Source: Octopus bimaculoides (lineage: Eukaryota). From it: 39,799 bases of DNA. The translations under genes were made by a program, and so were the position numbers. Positions within the stretch are counted from its first letter, which is position 1. The number at the start of each line of letters is the position of its first letter. The stretch covers positions 88,476,425 to 88,516,223 of the forward strand of contig NC_068982.1 of NCBI RefSeq assembly GCF_001194135.2, written 5' to 3'. Below, piece by piece: positions 24,193 to 35,736 of this stretch. Under the pieces are notes generated by a model. That model made no database searches. It saw only the letters and a program-made list of their open reading frames with translations, and was not told the origin of the DNA.

Positions 24193-26685
24193 TATTATGA
24201 CCTACAGGCACATTGTATTATTTACCCTTTTTTATGGGCAAAATCGGCACAGCTGATGTATAGTTAATGGCATAATGGAAGTTATTGTTTGTTAAAAGTG
24301 AGCGGAGAGAGTACAATTTGCATGGGTATGCATGAAAGTACTTTCCTTTCTAAGAAGACTCAAAAACCATGTATTGTTTCATCATATAAAAGCGATTTTG
24401 TGCAGAAATCACGTTTATAAAATCTTAATTTCCCCCCACCCTCACTGCAATTTCTTAATTTGTAGCATTTTCGATTTTTTTTTTGTTGTTATCTACGTAG
24501 AAAAATACAGAAATTACGAATCTGGGAAATATATATTTTATAGGTTAATTTTTCTTAAAGAAACGCTCAATGCCCCTTCCTCCACCTCACCCACCCATCA
24601 CCTACTCGTTTTCACTTTTGTCTGATGTTTCCCACATGCGTAGAATTTTACTGAAATAGCAAACTTTAAAATACCATACAACCACCAGAAAACCAGGCAT
24701 GCTAGAAACAACAGGTAAACGACATTATTTCTAAAGAAACTTCCTCGCGTTTTGCAAAAAACTAAAAGCGAAACATTGGAAGTGTGTAGCTTTTTGAAAG
24801 AGGTGAGGTGATGGGTAAAGTTCTTAAATAGTCGTACTCTCTGTTTTTTTTTCTCCATGCATTACCAAGAAAAAATATTTCAAAAACGTAAAAAATAAAT
24901 TTGGTGTGGAGAGGGAGAAAATTCAACTATTGAGAACGTGTTTTGTGGGTGAAATCCTAATGTTCTGTATCGCAAACATAGCATTCATAAGAAATTTAGG
25001 AAAAAAAAAAATAAGGCGAGGGAGCGGAAATGTCACAGCAGACATGCTAAAAAGAAGAGGTAAAAGACAGGATTTCTGGGAAAACTTTCTTTTATGTTTC
25101 TATCGAAGATCGGGTGTAGGGAAGAGTCACATACATATACTAAGACACATACACACAGACATACATTAACACATACCTCAATCCTATCTCTGTCCCTGTG
25201 TGTCAGTCTGTGTCTTTAGATGTGTGTGTTTGTGTGTCAGTCGTCACAAGAATGTATTATACTGGCAGACACAAACTATTATTATACTGACCGACACAAA
25301 CACTGTCACACACACATACTTATCAGTCATCAGTCTAACGTACATAACGAATGCGCGAACACATAGAACATGTGACGTCATCATCGTTATGGTGGTAAAA
25401 GATGTCGTATACAGTAGGTCAGTAAAAGAAAAATGATAATGTTAAATTTTGTAATGCTAATAAGTGAATGAAAATATAGTTTAGATAGTAGCCAAAAGGT
25501 GACTGACTCATTTGATACCTCAAAAGTCAAAAACGGCAACTCGGTTTTGGAATGCATAAGGAACATACGTACACACACACAAAAGTACATACAAGCTCTC
25601 TTTTATATATATATATATATNNNNNNNNNNNNNNNNNNNNNNNNNNNNNNNNNNNNNNNNNNNNNNNNNNNNNNNNNNNNNNNNNNNNNNNNNNNNNNNN
25701 TGTGTATGTGTGTAACAAATGAATAACAGAAAATGGAATTAACAAGATTCTCTATTAACCACAACGATCGTTTCGATCCATCTTGCATCGGCCCCTCGCG
25801 GATGCAGCTGTATCTCACCAACTGATTTTCGAAAAAATATTTCGCTCAATAGACTCTTGATTTATGAAACTTGTCTCGGCTTCCAGGGAGTATGGACCAA
25901 TCGTACGGAAGCAATTGACACCACTTCCAAATTAGAAGGACAGGTAAACCCATGATTCAAGAATTCATCGGCAACAGAGAATTAAATAGAATGTCATTTC
26001 CCCAGTGAGAAGCTTTAAAGTGTTAATATAATACTGCAACAAAAACTGGTTTTGTATTTATTTATAATTTACATGTGTTTCTTCGGAATGTAATGTTCAT
26101 CTTCCATTAATAATATAATTTAGTGAGAATTAAAATAGAAATTTAATAAACGAGAAGCTATATTAACTTGTTACTCATTAAATTATGTTTATTTCCTTAA
26201 TTCGTTTTCAGCTCTAATGCCTAATACATTTCAATTGACTGCACATATACTACAACGGAAATGCTAAATATTTCACTTCATTATTACATCAAACAAGTGT
26301 TTTACACGTCTTCTGTTAAAAAATATTGTATTTGAGATTTGTTTCATTTTTCTTCAGTTGAGCTGTACTATAGATCTTGTATGAAAATAATGATCTCACA
26401 TTGAAGAAACGCTAGTCCGTATAGCTTCAAGTAAAACAACAAACTATTAATTATATTGTATTTATTTACATCTCGTAATCTCTTAAGATTTCATTCAATA
26501 AATGTAAAGACGTATTGTTATATATTTCTGGAAATATTTGAAGTAATGTTTGATCCCCTGAAATGCTAAGACTACAAAGCAAAGCATTCAAAATGAAATT
26601 ATTGCAATTGTTTGCTTTAACCCATAGCCTCTGGATATATATGTATGTATACACACACATACCCCTAAGGCCAGGAACTTTTCCA

Positions 26686-26970
26686 TGAGGGTGCATGGCC
26701 TAGTGGCCAAGGTGTTGCACTCACGATCGCTACGTTATTGTTTCAAATCTTTGGGCGAGTGGTGTGTTGTGTTGTGGAGCAAAACACTTCATCTCATATT
26801 ACTCTGCGAATACTTCCATGACTTCCGTGCGCTTGCCCAGATAACGTCGATTTGATGGAGAGGGTGAGCTAAAGTGCGGCACGAACATTCGATCACTATA
26901 AAGAAATCTTTTGTGCAGATCATTCCTCAAAATCTGAGCGCTTATACATCGTCTTCGACGGGAGAGTCAT
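26686..26970 (+). mobile_element. tRNA-headed SINE, decayed
   Basis: gagggtgcatggcctagtggccaagg (A box), gtttcaaatc (decayed B box), then ttgtgttgtggagcaaaacacttca and a 3' body ending at a CT/CA microsatellite. Confidence 0.6.
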
Positions 26971-27002
<32 letters not shown>

Positions 27003-27094
27003 GCACACACACACACACACACATACACACACACACACATACACACACACACATACACACACACATAAATTCAGATATTCATAATGTTATATAT

Positions 27095-27273
27095 ACTCTT
27101 TTATTTGTTTCAGTCATTTGACTGTGGCCATGCTGGAGCAACGCCTTTAGTCGAGCAAATCGACCCCAGGACTTATTCTTTGTAAGCCTAGTACCTATTC
27201 TATCGGTCGCTATGTTACGGGGACGTAAACATCGGTTGTCAAGCGATGTTGGAGGACAAACACACACACACAA

Positions 27274-27344
<71 letters not shown>

Positions 27345-27442
27345 CGACAGGCTTCTTTCAGTTTCACAAGACTTTGGTCGGCCCGAGGCTATAGTAGACC
27401 ATGTGGTTGGGGAGCAAGCTACTTACTCCACAGCCACTCCTA
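27095..27442 (-). mobile_element. SINE family A, near full length
   Basis: Head gagtggctgtggagtaagtagcttgct..aaccacatgg, internal TG tract, 3' end gactgaaacaaataaaagag; collinear with the other copies. Confidence 0.85.
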
Positions 27443-28115
27443 TATTTATATATCGCGTTATAGCTCTTATTTAAATTGATATGCATACAAAATTGTATGA
27501 TTAACAACCNNNNNNNNNNNNNNNNNNNNNNNNNNNNNNNNNNNNNNNNNNNNNNNNNNNNNNNNNNNNNNNNNNNNNNNNNNNNNNNNNNNNNNNNNNN
27601 NNNNNNNNNNNNNNNNNNNNNNNNNNNNNNNNNNNNNNNNNNNNNNNNNNNNNNNNNNNNNNNNNNNNNNNNNNNNNNNNNNNNNNNNNNNNNNNNNNNN
27701 NNNNNNNNNNNNNNNNNNNNNNNNNNNNNNNNNNNNNNNNNNNNNNNNNNNNNNNNNNNNNNNNNNNNNNNNNNNNNNNNNNNNNNNNNNNNNNNNNNNN
27801 NNNNNNNNNNNNNNNNNNNNNNNNNNNNNNNNNNNNNNNNNNNNNNNNNNNNNNNNNNNNNNNNNNNNNNNNNNNNNNNNNNNNNNNNNNNNNNNNNNNN
27901 NNNNNNNNNNNNNNNNNNNNNNNNNNNNNNNNNNNNNNNNNNNNNNNNNNNNNNNNNNNNNNNNNNNNNNNNNNNNNNNNNNNNNNNNATATATATATGT
28001 TGTTGTTGTACTTGGGGATGGTCATATTGCCAGTTTAGCCAATAAAAACACACGCACTGTATATTTGGTGTTAATTTGCTTCAGCTTTATATTACATTAA
28101 TCTTAATCTTATTTC

Positions 28116-28160
28116 GGCCAGAGTTCTTTCGTCACACTTCCGTGACCTCATCAGTGGTCC
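28116..28160 (-). ncRNA. Minimal type I hammerhead ribozyme motif (left arm)
   Basis: GGACCA-CUGAUGA-G-GUCAC(GGAAGU)GUGAC-GAAAG-AA-CUC-UGGCC. Confidence 0.6.
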
Positions 28161-28573
28161 TTTGTTTCCTTCTTTCTTATGTGTGTCTCACCTTGCTAAC
28201 TATCAGCCATTTTGTATTTTCTATTCCTATTGTATGTGTCTACGCATGCCTGTCCTTCAATGTGTCTGTGTCTTTTGTAAGTGCATGTGTGTATTCTCTG
28301 TTAATACGTGTTCGTTTGTATTAGTTTTTATTTATTTATTTGTTCATGTGTGTGTGTTTTTTTGTTCTTTTGTGTTTAATTAAATTTTGTTAACGTATGT
28401 AGTATTTAACAGAGAATATAGGTGATACAGACACTCCCCATACACACATGCACTTACAAAAGACACAGACACATTGAAGGACACGCATGCGTAGACACAT
28501 ACAATAGGAATACAAAATACAAAATGGCTGATAGTTAGCAAGGTGAGACACACATAAGAAAGAAGGAAACAAA

Positions 28574-28618
28574 GGACCACTGATGAGGTCACAGGAGTGT
28601 GACGAAAGAACTCTGGCC
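28574..28618 (+). ncRNA. Minimal type I hammerhead ribozyme motif (right arm)
   Basis: GGACCA-CUGAUGA-G-GUCACA(GGAG)UGUGAC-GAAAG-AA-CUC-UGGCC: full core, 6-bp helix II, 2-bp helix III, CUC cleavage triplet, helix I with one mismatch. Confidence 0.65.
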
Positions 28619-28766
28619 GAAATAAGATTAAGATTAATGTAATATAAAGCTGAAGCAAATTAACACCAAATATGCAGTGCGTGTGTTTTTATTGGCTAAA
28701 CTGGCAATATGACCATCCCCAAGTACAACAACATGTGTTTCAACACACGATTTCACATCAAAAATC

Positions 28767-28798
<32 letters not shown>

Positions 28799-29504
28799 GT
28801 ATAAATAATATTTGTTTATGAACAAACCCGTAAAGCTTTTCGAGTTACGGAGGGAAGGCTACTATGGAAAACTCATAGTATAATAACTATATAATATATT
28901 TATATATCATAAAGATATTTATTCTCTGATTTGAAACGACAATTTTTAAAAATATACATTGCATTTATTTGTGTGCTTGTATTCAATTATCATAGGGATT
29001 TATTTTCTTTTTACAGGTGCTAAGCTTGTAGAATCGCTATCTCATCTAACATTATCGCTTGCTAGAGTTTCTTCCGGATTTTTACCTTCGGGGATGAAAT
29101 TCCCTAAAGATTGAATTAGCCTGTCCTACGTTTAGGCAACGATTAAATAAAGTAGCAATTGATCACTGGAGGTGATATAACAGTTCTCTCTTCCACTCAC
29201 CATATTACAGGCTTTTGCCAAAAATATATATTAATTATAAAAAAATCTCCTATTTCTATTTTGGTATCTTATCTTTGACTCGAACAATAGGTTCCTGAAA
29301 TTGTTTGCTACCTATGCAATCCATGCGAAGAACATGACTATGACTTGGATTTAGTAATGGATTTAGGAATATATTTGATCCAAGCTTAAAACTAACAGGT
29401 GGAGAGATAGTCTCGTCTTTAATGTAACGCGGGAAAGAAAAGCTTCATCTCATTTATACACATATATACACACATTTACGTATGTAGATGCATACAAAGA
29501 TGAC

Positions 29505-29535
<31 letters not shown>

Positions 29536-30190
29536 AGCACACACACATGCAAGCGCAAACAAGCTCGGGCGTGCAAATATATATATATATANNNNNNNNN
29601 NNNNNNNNNNNNNNNNNNNNNNNNNNNNNNNNNNNNNNNNNNNNNNNNNNNNNNNNNNNNNNNNNNNNNNNNNNNNNNNNNNNNNNNNNNNNNNNNNNNN
29701 NNNNNNNNNNNNNNNNNNNNNNNNNNNNNNNNNNNNNNNNNNNNNNNNNNNNNNNNNNNNNNNNNNNNNNNNNNNNNNNNNNNNNNNNNNNNNNNNNNNN
29801 NNNNNNNNNNNNNNNNNNNNNNNNNNNNNNNNNNNNNNNNNNNNNNNNNNNNNNNNNNNNNNNNNNNNNNNNNNNNNNNNNNNNNNNNNNNNNNNNNNNN
29901 NNNNNNNNNNNNNNNNNNNNNNNNNNNNNNNNNNNNNNNNNNNNNNNNNNNNNNNNNNNNNNNNNNNNNNNNNNNNNNNNNNNNNNNNNNNNNNNNNNNN
30001 NNNNNNNNNNNNNNNNNNNNNNNNNNNNNNNNNNNNNNNNNNNNNNNNNNNNNNNNNNNNNNNNNNNNNNNNNNNNNNNNNNNNNNNNNNNNNNNNNNNN
30101 NNNNNNNNNTTATACGCATATATTGTTTATATAATAAATTACGCTGTGCGTATCTATGTGTGTAACAATTTTAGAGTTCGGATTCTAGAG

Positions 30191-30268
30191 TTAGGGTTAG
30201 TTTTAGGGTTAGGGTTAGGGTTAGGGTTAGGGTTAGGGTTAACAGTCTAGTTAGGGTTAGGGTTAGGG
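30191..30268 (+). repeat. Interstitial (TTAGGG)n tract
   Basis: Six perfect units at 30203-30238, three at 30251-30268 and one at 30191. Confidence 0.95.
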
Positions 30269-30386
30269 GATTAATACGATATACACCGTTACAGCGCTAA
30301 CTGTTTTGAACTAAATAGACGTCAGTGATTAGTAGAAATTATCGAAATAAGACAATTTTTTACATGAAATAAATTAGAAAAGATTA

Positions 30387-31471
30387 ATGAAGAACTATTT
30401 GATGTTCTTAGTGACTTTTTTATGTGACAAACCTGAAATGCAGCACCTGCTAACCGTCGATGGTAAAGCATTTGTAAGTTATTTAACAGATATCTTTGAA
30501 AAACTGAATATGTTAAATAAAGAACTTCAAGGATCAAATAAAACTCTTATTGATGCAAAGACGAAGATTTTTGGTTTTGTTGCATTCATTGAGGTATGTC
30601 AAAAAAATATTTCTGACAGAATTTTTGACCAGTCTCATTGGCTAAAAAAAATGTGAAGTGAACGATGCTGCTGTACTTGTCATTGTGGATTATCGGGAAA
30701 TAGTGTCCTCTGATATTGAAAGACAGATTTTCTGATTTAAAGCAAATTGATTTTCCAACATGGGTGATGCAGCTAATACTAGTGGATATATCTGATATTT
30801 CGATACAGTACAAAGAAGAACTCTCGAAAATACAAAATGATGAGTCAGTTAAGACTTTATTCAATACAAGAGGAGTGAGGTTATGGCTTTGCGATGAGAC
30901 AGAAACCAAATACCCTAATTCAACCAACTTTGCAAGAAAATTGTTGTTACCGTTCCCATCTTCATGTTATAAAACCACACTGCAGCAGTCATGAAGTACA
31001 AGGATCTCACTAACTTTAGTTTACTTATTTTATATTCAAATATTTTATATTTCTGCATTTCGGTTCTCTATTATATGTTTGTTGTGTCTTGCTTGACACT
31101 GTTTTGTGTGGTATTATGACGACGTACTTCGTCGTGAGACCAACAGCGTGCCTCAGCAACTTGTTATGTCTGTAAACTATTTATTTGTAGTGGAACAACC
31201 TACTTCTCTGGCTTGGGGGTGTCCTCCACAACAATATTTTTGAAACTTTATTCATTTAATTGTCTTTCTGTTTTTTTTTGTTTTTTTTTCTCTTTCGTGA
31301 ATGCCATATTCTTTAGGAGCTTGTTTAGAGACCAAGTTAATAGCCTTTTAAGCTTCCTCCAAGTGAATAGTTGTAAAATTTTGAATAACAAAAATTAAAT
31401 ATCACAAGGAAGCATCAGGATTTTAGAAATGATTCAGTGACGCATGGCCAAGAATCGGCTGGGAACCACTG
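30387..31471 (+). mobile_element. hAT (Buster/Charlie-like) transposon remnant: transposase C-terminus and 3' TIR
   Basis: AFVSYLTDIFEKLNMLNKELQG; DRFSDL..IDFPTW; EELSKIQND; W...ETKYPNSTNFARKLLLPFPSS (hAT dimerisation domain). gggaaccactg at 31461-31471 is the reverse complement of a CAGTGGTTCCC TIR. No matching left TIR was found. Confidence 0.8.
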
Positions 31472-31504
31472 GGCTGGTACGTGTGTCTGTGGAGTGTACA
31501 ACCA

Positions 31505-31590
31505 GTTACACGTAAATCTCTAGAGCAAACTAGACGAGGGTTCTAGTTGATCGGATCAACTAGAAACCTCGTCACCGTAAGTGACGCAGT
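31505..31590 (+). mobile_element. SINE family B 3' fragment containing a 41-nt palindrome
   Basis: Shares gttgatcggat..gaa.cct.gtca.cgtaa.gacg.agtgc with the reverse complement of 10240-10290. Confidence 0.55.
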
Positions 31591-32928
31591 GCTAAGAGGA
31601 GGAAAGAAGGATGTATGTATGTACAGGCAAGTGGTGGCGTATATTTATATATGGGCATATACATATGGTGATTATAAACACAGACACACAATATTGGTGG
31701 GGAAAGAGGGTTACAAGTGGTACCGATATTAACCAGTGGATACAGATTTGAAACGCTTTTCTAATTCACGTATAGGCATCTAGTGATTTATATATGGTTA
31801 TACCATTCTATCAGAGTGAGTGCAAGCAGCTGCGTTTGAATAAGATTCCGTGTATATATAAGTAGAAACGCACCGACACAATGACATGTATTTTGTTCTT
31901 TAAGTTCGACTAAACATTTATGTGTATACATGTGTGCACGTAACACGATGTATAGTAAGTATATATATATATATATATATATNNNNNNNNNNNNNNNNNN
32001 NNNNNNNNNNNNNNNNNNNNNNNNNNNNNNNNNNNNNNNNNNNNNNNNNNNNNNNNNNNNNNNNNNNNNNNNNNNNNNNNNNNNNNNNNNNNNNNNNNNN
32101 NNNNNNNNNNNNNNNNNNNNNNNNNNNNNNNNNNNNNNNNNNNNNNNNNNNNNNNNNNNNNNNNNNNNNNNNNNNNNNNNNNNNNNNNNNNNNNNNNNNN
32201 NNNNNNNNNNNNNNNNNNNNNNNNNNNNNNNNNNNNNNNNNNNNNNNNNNNNNNNNNNNNNNNNNNNNNNNNNNNNNNNNNNNNNNNNNNNNNNNNNNNN
32301 NNNNNNNNNNNNNNNNNNNNNNNNNNNNNNNNNNNNNNNNNNNNNNNNNNNNNNNNNNNNNNNNNNNNNNNNNNNNNNNNNNNNNNNNNNNNNNNNNNNN
32401 NNNNNNNNNNNNNNNNNNNNNNNNNNNNNNNNNNNNNNNNNNNNNNNNNNNNNNNNNNNNNNNNNNNNNNNNNNNNNNNNNNNNNNNNNNNNNNNNNNNN
32501 NNNNNNNNNNNNNNNNNNNNNNNNNNNNNNNNNNNNNNNNNNNNNNNNNNNNNNNNNNNNNNNNNNNNNNNNNNNNNNNNNNNNNNNNNNNNNNNNNNNN
32601 NNNNNNNNNNNNNNNNNNNNNNNNNNNNNNNNNNNNNNNNNNNNNNNNNNNNNNNNNNNNNNNNNNNNNACACACACACACAGACGCACACGCACACACA
32701 CACACACACATATAGATATATACATTCATTAAAAATTCATTAAAACAGTCCCAATCACTGCTATAATCCACAACGAGCCACTTTTAGGTCACTCAACAAT
32801 TTAACATCTTACTATTATCATACCATTCTGCATTCCCCTATTATTCTTTCTTCTCTTTCTCCTTCTTCGTGTTCTTCTTCTCTACCACCTACTTCCTTAC
32901 TTTACTACTACTGCTGTTTAAAATAACT

Positions 32929-32985
32929 CGGAACCACGTGGTTTGTAAGCAAGCTACTTACCACACAGCCACTCTTGCGCCTCCA
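32929..32985 (-). mobile_element. SINE family A head fragment
   Basis: ggaaccacgtggtttgtaagcaagctacttaccacacagccact matches the head ends at 27400-27442 and 38390-38432. Confidence 0.75.
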
Positions 32986-32989
32986 GCAG

Positions 32990-34090
32990 TTGTATTTTCA
33001 GGCGATACATTTCACTGCTTTCAATTTGTTTAGGTGATTTGAAATTTTTGTACGCCATCTCATAAGAAATTTCCTCTCCCTGGGGATTTTCTCCCTGTGT
33101 ACAGCGGCTTTTCTCTCCGAGACACATTTGTAGCGTACGGCTTGCACTACAGACATGAATTGTTGAAGTTTTATGTCAGTACCCAGTAAGGAGAGACATA
33201 TAGTCCAATTTAGTTTGAGGATCTCTTTTTCAATTTGTTTCCAGTTTGCTTTATGGAAGTTCAAAATCGAAAGATTTTGAGAGTTTCTTGTAGGCTACAT
33301 GTCCATTGTTTCATTTGGTCCATATTGGATCAGCTCTACCATATTGTGGTGTGAGAGTAGCGGCGATGTCACTTTCACATTATGGATGTGATCCATATTA
33401 TTTGTGAAGCAGAGATCCAATGTATTACCTGCCATGATTGGTTAGAGTACTATTTGTTCTATGTACAAAGGTGTTGATGAAATTCAGGAGGAACTTCACC
33501 CCTCTTTGTTCGCAAAGTGACATTTCTGAGAAAGGTCCCCAGGCCGTCCGACTTTGGGCAGGTTAAGGTCTCCCATAAGAAGGACACTTATGTATTGTTC
33601 TTATGTCATTAGAACTTCTATTTTTGTTAGACAGTCTTTAAACTTGTCCGTGTGATCCGGAGCATCTGGAGGGTGATATGCATCGAGTTATCTTATGTGT
33701 ATAATTAGCGTGTCAATACTGAATTTGAGCGTGAGAAAAGGATCCGGGGTGTGAGGTCTTCGTGGATGTACATAGCACAGTGACTCCTTTCTCTTCTGTC
33801 GGTCCATAATACAACACACTGCGGTATGTGTATTTCTGCATTTACTACATCTGGTATTAAGTGCGTCTCCGTAAGTACTATGCATAAGGATCCATTGCAT
33901 GCAACAAGGTCTCTCAGGATAGGAATTTTAGTCCTGTTATTAAGTGTTAACAATCCTCTCATGTAAAGTAAGAGCACTAATGTGATGTCTGTGTTACTGC
34001 CAATGGTATCCACATTAGATCCATTTGCTGAGGTGGTCTAGTGTGTTGGGGATAGTCCCAACTGTGAGATTGATGTAGCCAGGTCAGTTG
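32990..34090 (-). mobile_element. CR1/L2-like LINE fragment: APE endonuclease and linker
   Basis: LYMRGLL..NRTKIPILRDL...IVLTETHL..VVNAEIHI..VLWTDRRERSH..MYIHEDL; then NFHKANWKQI..L.LNW. Confidence 0.85.
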
Positions 34091-34125
34091 TATATATGCA
34101 TACATAGGTATATGTATATATATAC

Positions 34126-34171
<46 letters not shown>

Positions 34172-34622
34172 ATGTGTTTGTGTGTATAAATATATAACAT
34201 GTGTATACACACTACAGACACGCATAAATATTACATATATATACGTATATATGCATACATAAATATACATCTATATATGCATGTATATATATANNNNNNN
34301 NNNNNNNNNNNNNNNNNNNNNNNNNNNNNNNNNNNNNNNNNNNNNNNNNNNNNNNNNNNNNNNNNNNNNNNNNNNNNNNNNNNNNNNNNNNNNNNNNNNN
34401 NNNNNNNNNNNNNNNNNNNNNNNNNNNNNNNNNNNNNNNNNNNNNNNNNNNNNNNNNNNNNNNNNNNNNNNNNNNNNNNNNNNNNNNNNNNNNNNNNNNN
34501 NNNNNNNNNNNNNNNNNNNNNNNNNNNNNNNNNNNNNNNNNNNNNNNNNNTAGATGTATACATACATACGTACATACATACATACATACATACATACATA
34601 CATGCAAATATACATACGTATA

Positions 34623-35529
34623 TATGAGGATGTACCCAAAAGTAACCGGAAATGTTCTCCTTGGGACAAGCCCGTTGTAGTTTAAGTTTCCGTTGCTGTA
34701 AGCCACTTGATGTGTTCCTCGGGCATCAGTCTGCCGACCGGCGTCGTTTTATGCTGTCGTGCTGCCACGTTGTGCGTCTTTGTTTTATAGTGCTTCTCTC
34801 CTCTTCGTTGATTTTTGTGATGGGTGAAACGAAGGAACAGCATCCTTCTGTGAAATTCTGTTTTCTGCTGGTGAAAACGCGCCCGAAACATTTGTTATGC
34901 TTCAAACAGTTTACAAGGACGCTGCCATGAGGAAAACCGAAGCTTACAACTGGTTTTCAAGCTTTAGGAATGATCATTTGTCGATTGAAGACCAACCTCG
35001 TCCATAGCGACTGTCGACCAACTGAACGAATGAAAACATGATGAAACTTCATGAGCGCATCGTGGAGGACCGTCGCCGAACAATTGACGAACTTGATATC
35101 ACTGTTGTGTACTGGAGCTCCTGCGAACGAATTTCGAGCGAAGAATTGCGAATGGAAAGAGCTGTAGAAAACGTGTGCCTCACTTGCTCACGGAAGTGCA
35201 AGAGCAGTCATGACTGAATTTGTGTGGTGAACTGAGAGAACAATTGTAAGTTGATCTGCACCTTTAGTTGAGAGTCATCTCTAGTGACAAAAGCTAGTAT
35301 TACGGAATGTGTATATGTGGAAGAGATGAAGGGAAAAAAACGACGAAGGCGTTAAAATGCATCGCTTCGTAAGAGTTTCAGGAATGCTTCAAACAGTGGA
35401 AAATGTGTTTGGACTGATGCATTGCTTCAAATTGAGAATACTTTGAAGGCGATGAAAGTATAAATGTGTAAAACTAAATGAATAACACAATATTACAAAA
35501 TTCCAATTTCTTTTGGGTGTCCCCTCGTA
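34623..35529 (+). mobile_element. Internally deleted mariner (Tc1/mariner) DNA transposon
   Basis: TA-tgaggatgtacccaaaa ... ttttgggtgtcccctcg-TA gives imperfect TIRs with a TA TSD. Frameshifted HTH region: EQHPSVKFCFLL, AAMRKTEAYNWFSSFRNDHLSIEDQPR, ENMMKLHERIVEDRRRTIDEL. The DD34D catalytic region is mostly missing. Confidence 0.88.
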
Positions 35530-35702
35530 CACTCACTCACTCACACACACATACACACACACATATGAAGAAGAGAAATAGAACGTGTAATTCATGACAA
35601 TCTTTACTCAAAATTACTACGATGTAGTATATGTTTAAAGCCCGTCCACTAGACGGGTGGAATATATGTAATATATCTGCATATTTCATGTGTATACACA
35701 CA

Positions 35703-35736
<34 letters not shown>

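Larger units (their letters stand above)
28001..28733. repeat. Near-perfect long inverted repeat (arms 28001-28307 and 28402-28733, 94-nt spacer)
   Basis: Manual reverse-complement alignment gives about 5 substitutions, one 1-nt indel and one ~24-nt insertion in the right arm. ORFs 28076+ and 28658- translate almost identically. Confidence 0.97.

Noticed and set aside
28580-28630. Alternative hammerhead fold using GGUCA:UGGCC and the second GAAA
   Set aside because: No helix I can form after the putative cleavage site.
28076-28658. Near-identical hydrophobic ORFs on opposite strands
   Set aside because: They result from the inverted repeat and TG-rich composition; nothing supports coding.
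35615-35658. Two adjacent 6-bp hairpins (tactac/gtagta and cccgtc/gacggg)
   Set aside because: No CTAG terminus or subterminal repeats support a Helitron or Helentron end.
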